Source: Alphaproteobacteria bacterium (GTDB lineage: Bacteria > Pseudomonadota > Alphaproteobacteria > JAAXGF01). From it: DNA of 64,000 nt. The position numbers were made by a program, and so were the translations under genes. Of the stretch, positions 63,476 to 64,000 are shown one piece after another (within the stretch, counting starts at the first letter, position 1; each line of letters opens with the position of its first letter). The stretch spans positions 704,001 to 768,000 of the forward strand of contig CAUVXB020000002.1 of the NCBI GenBank assembly GCA_963555825.3, read 5' to 3'. The notes beneath the pieces are model-generated. The model worked only from the letters and a program-made list of their open reading frames with translations, was not told the DNA's origin and ran no database searches.

Positions 63476-64000
63476 TACCAACTGCACTAATTATTGACCT
63501 GAAATCGCCCAATCTCTCATTCCGATGGACATGATCGTCTCGGGCTGGTCGATTAGTTTGTTCCAGGCTTGGCAACCGGCCTCGATGATGGCGTCGTAAT
63601 CTTCGAAGACGCGGTTAGAGAGCCAATTCTGGCGGAGGTATTGCCAGATGTTCTCGACCGGGTTCAGCTCGGGCGAGCGCGATGGCAGCAGGATGATGGT
63701 GAGGTTCTTGGGGACCTTGAGCTGGTCGGTGCTGTGCCACCCGGCGCGGTCCATCAGGACGACGCCATGGGCCTTGGCGGCGACGTTGCAGCTGATCTCG
63801 TCGAGATGCATCTGCATGGCGGCTGTGTTGGCGAAGGGGAGCATGAGAGCGGCACCCTTGGCTCCCATGGGACAGATTGCGCCAAAGAGGTAGGCGTTCG
63901 TGTAGCGCTGATCGGCGGGCAGGCGTGGCCTTGTTCCCTTCTTCGCCCAAATGCGCACACGCCCGTTCTTCTGTCCCAGCCTGGCCTCGTCTTGGAACCA
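63476..64000 (-). mobile_element. IS630-family element (different type), 3' part; transposase stop at 63491
   Basis: WFQDEAR, DRAGWH and SPELNPVE motifs; TACCAA end. Confidence 0.88.

Noticed and set aside
1-64000. CRISPR array, rRNA or tRNA genes
   Set aside because: No regularly spaced repeats or recognisable structural RNA genes; the long repeats are all IS copies.

Overview
GC-rich, alphaproteobacterial-looking accessory DNA in advanced IS-driven decay. Four blocks: (1) 1-3.1 kb, nested IS256/IS630/IS66/istB debris. (2) 3.2-21.8 kb, a minus-strand plasmid/ICE leading-region module (SLOG DUF2493, frameshifted Toprim, ssb, an intact 1.5-kaa Strawberry-notch methylase/helicase, DUF2958, GHKL ATPase, ParB, dead umuDC). 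(3) 22.7-39.5 kb, an intact, apparently GntR-controlled and uncharacterised catabolic cluster (His-box hydroxylase, PhyH dioxygenase, TRAP transporter, DUF6166-like protein, hemerythrin, PanB paralogue, ThDP decarboxylase), split by a 7-kb stack of four ISs. (4) 39.5-64 kb, about 15 ISs or IS remnants interleaved with defence-island pieces (HTH-PIN pair, Fic-AbiJ-HNH operon, shattered QatD plus a HEPN-like gene, a terminase fragment). The strongest signals are an IS110 element whose 5' non-coding end has bridge-RNA-like guide segments matching its own end, a three-site palindromic operator that defines the metabolic regulon, and the candidate defence operons. No rRNA, tRNA or CRISPR array was seen. 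Family names come from motif recognition by eye, not database searches.
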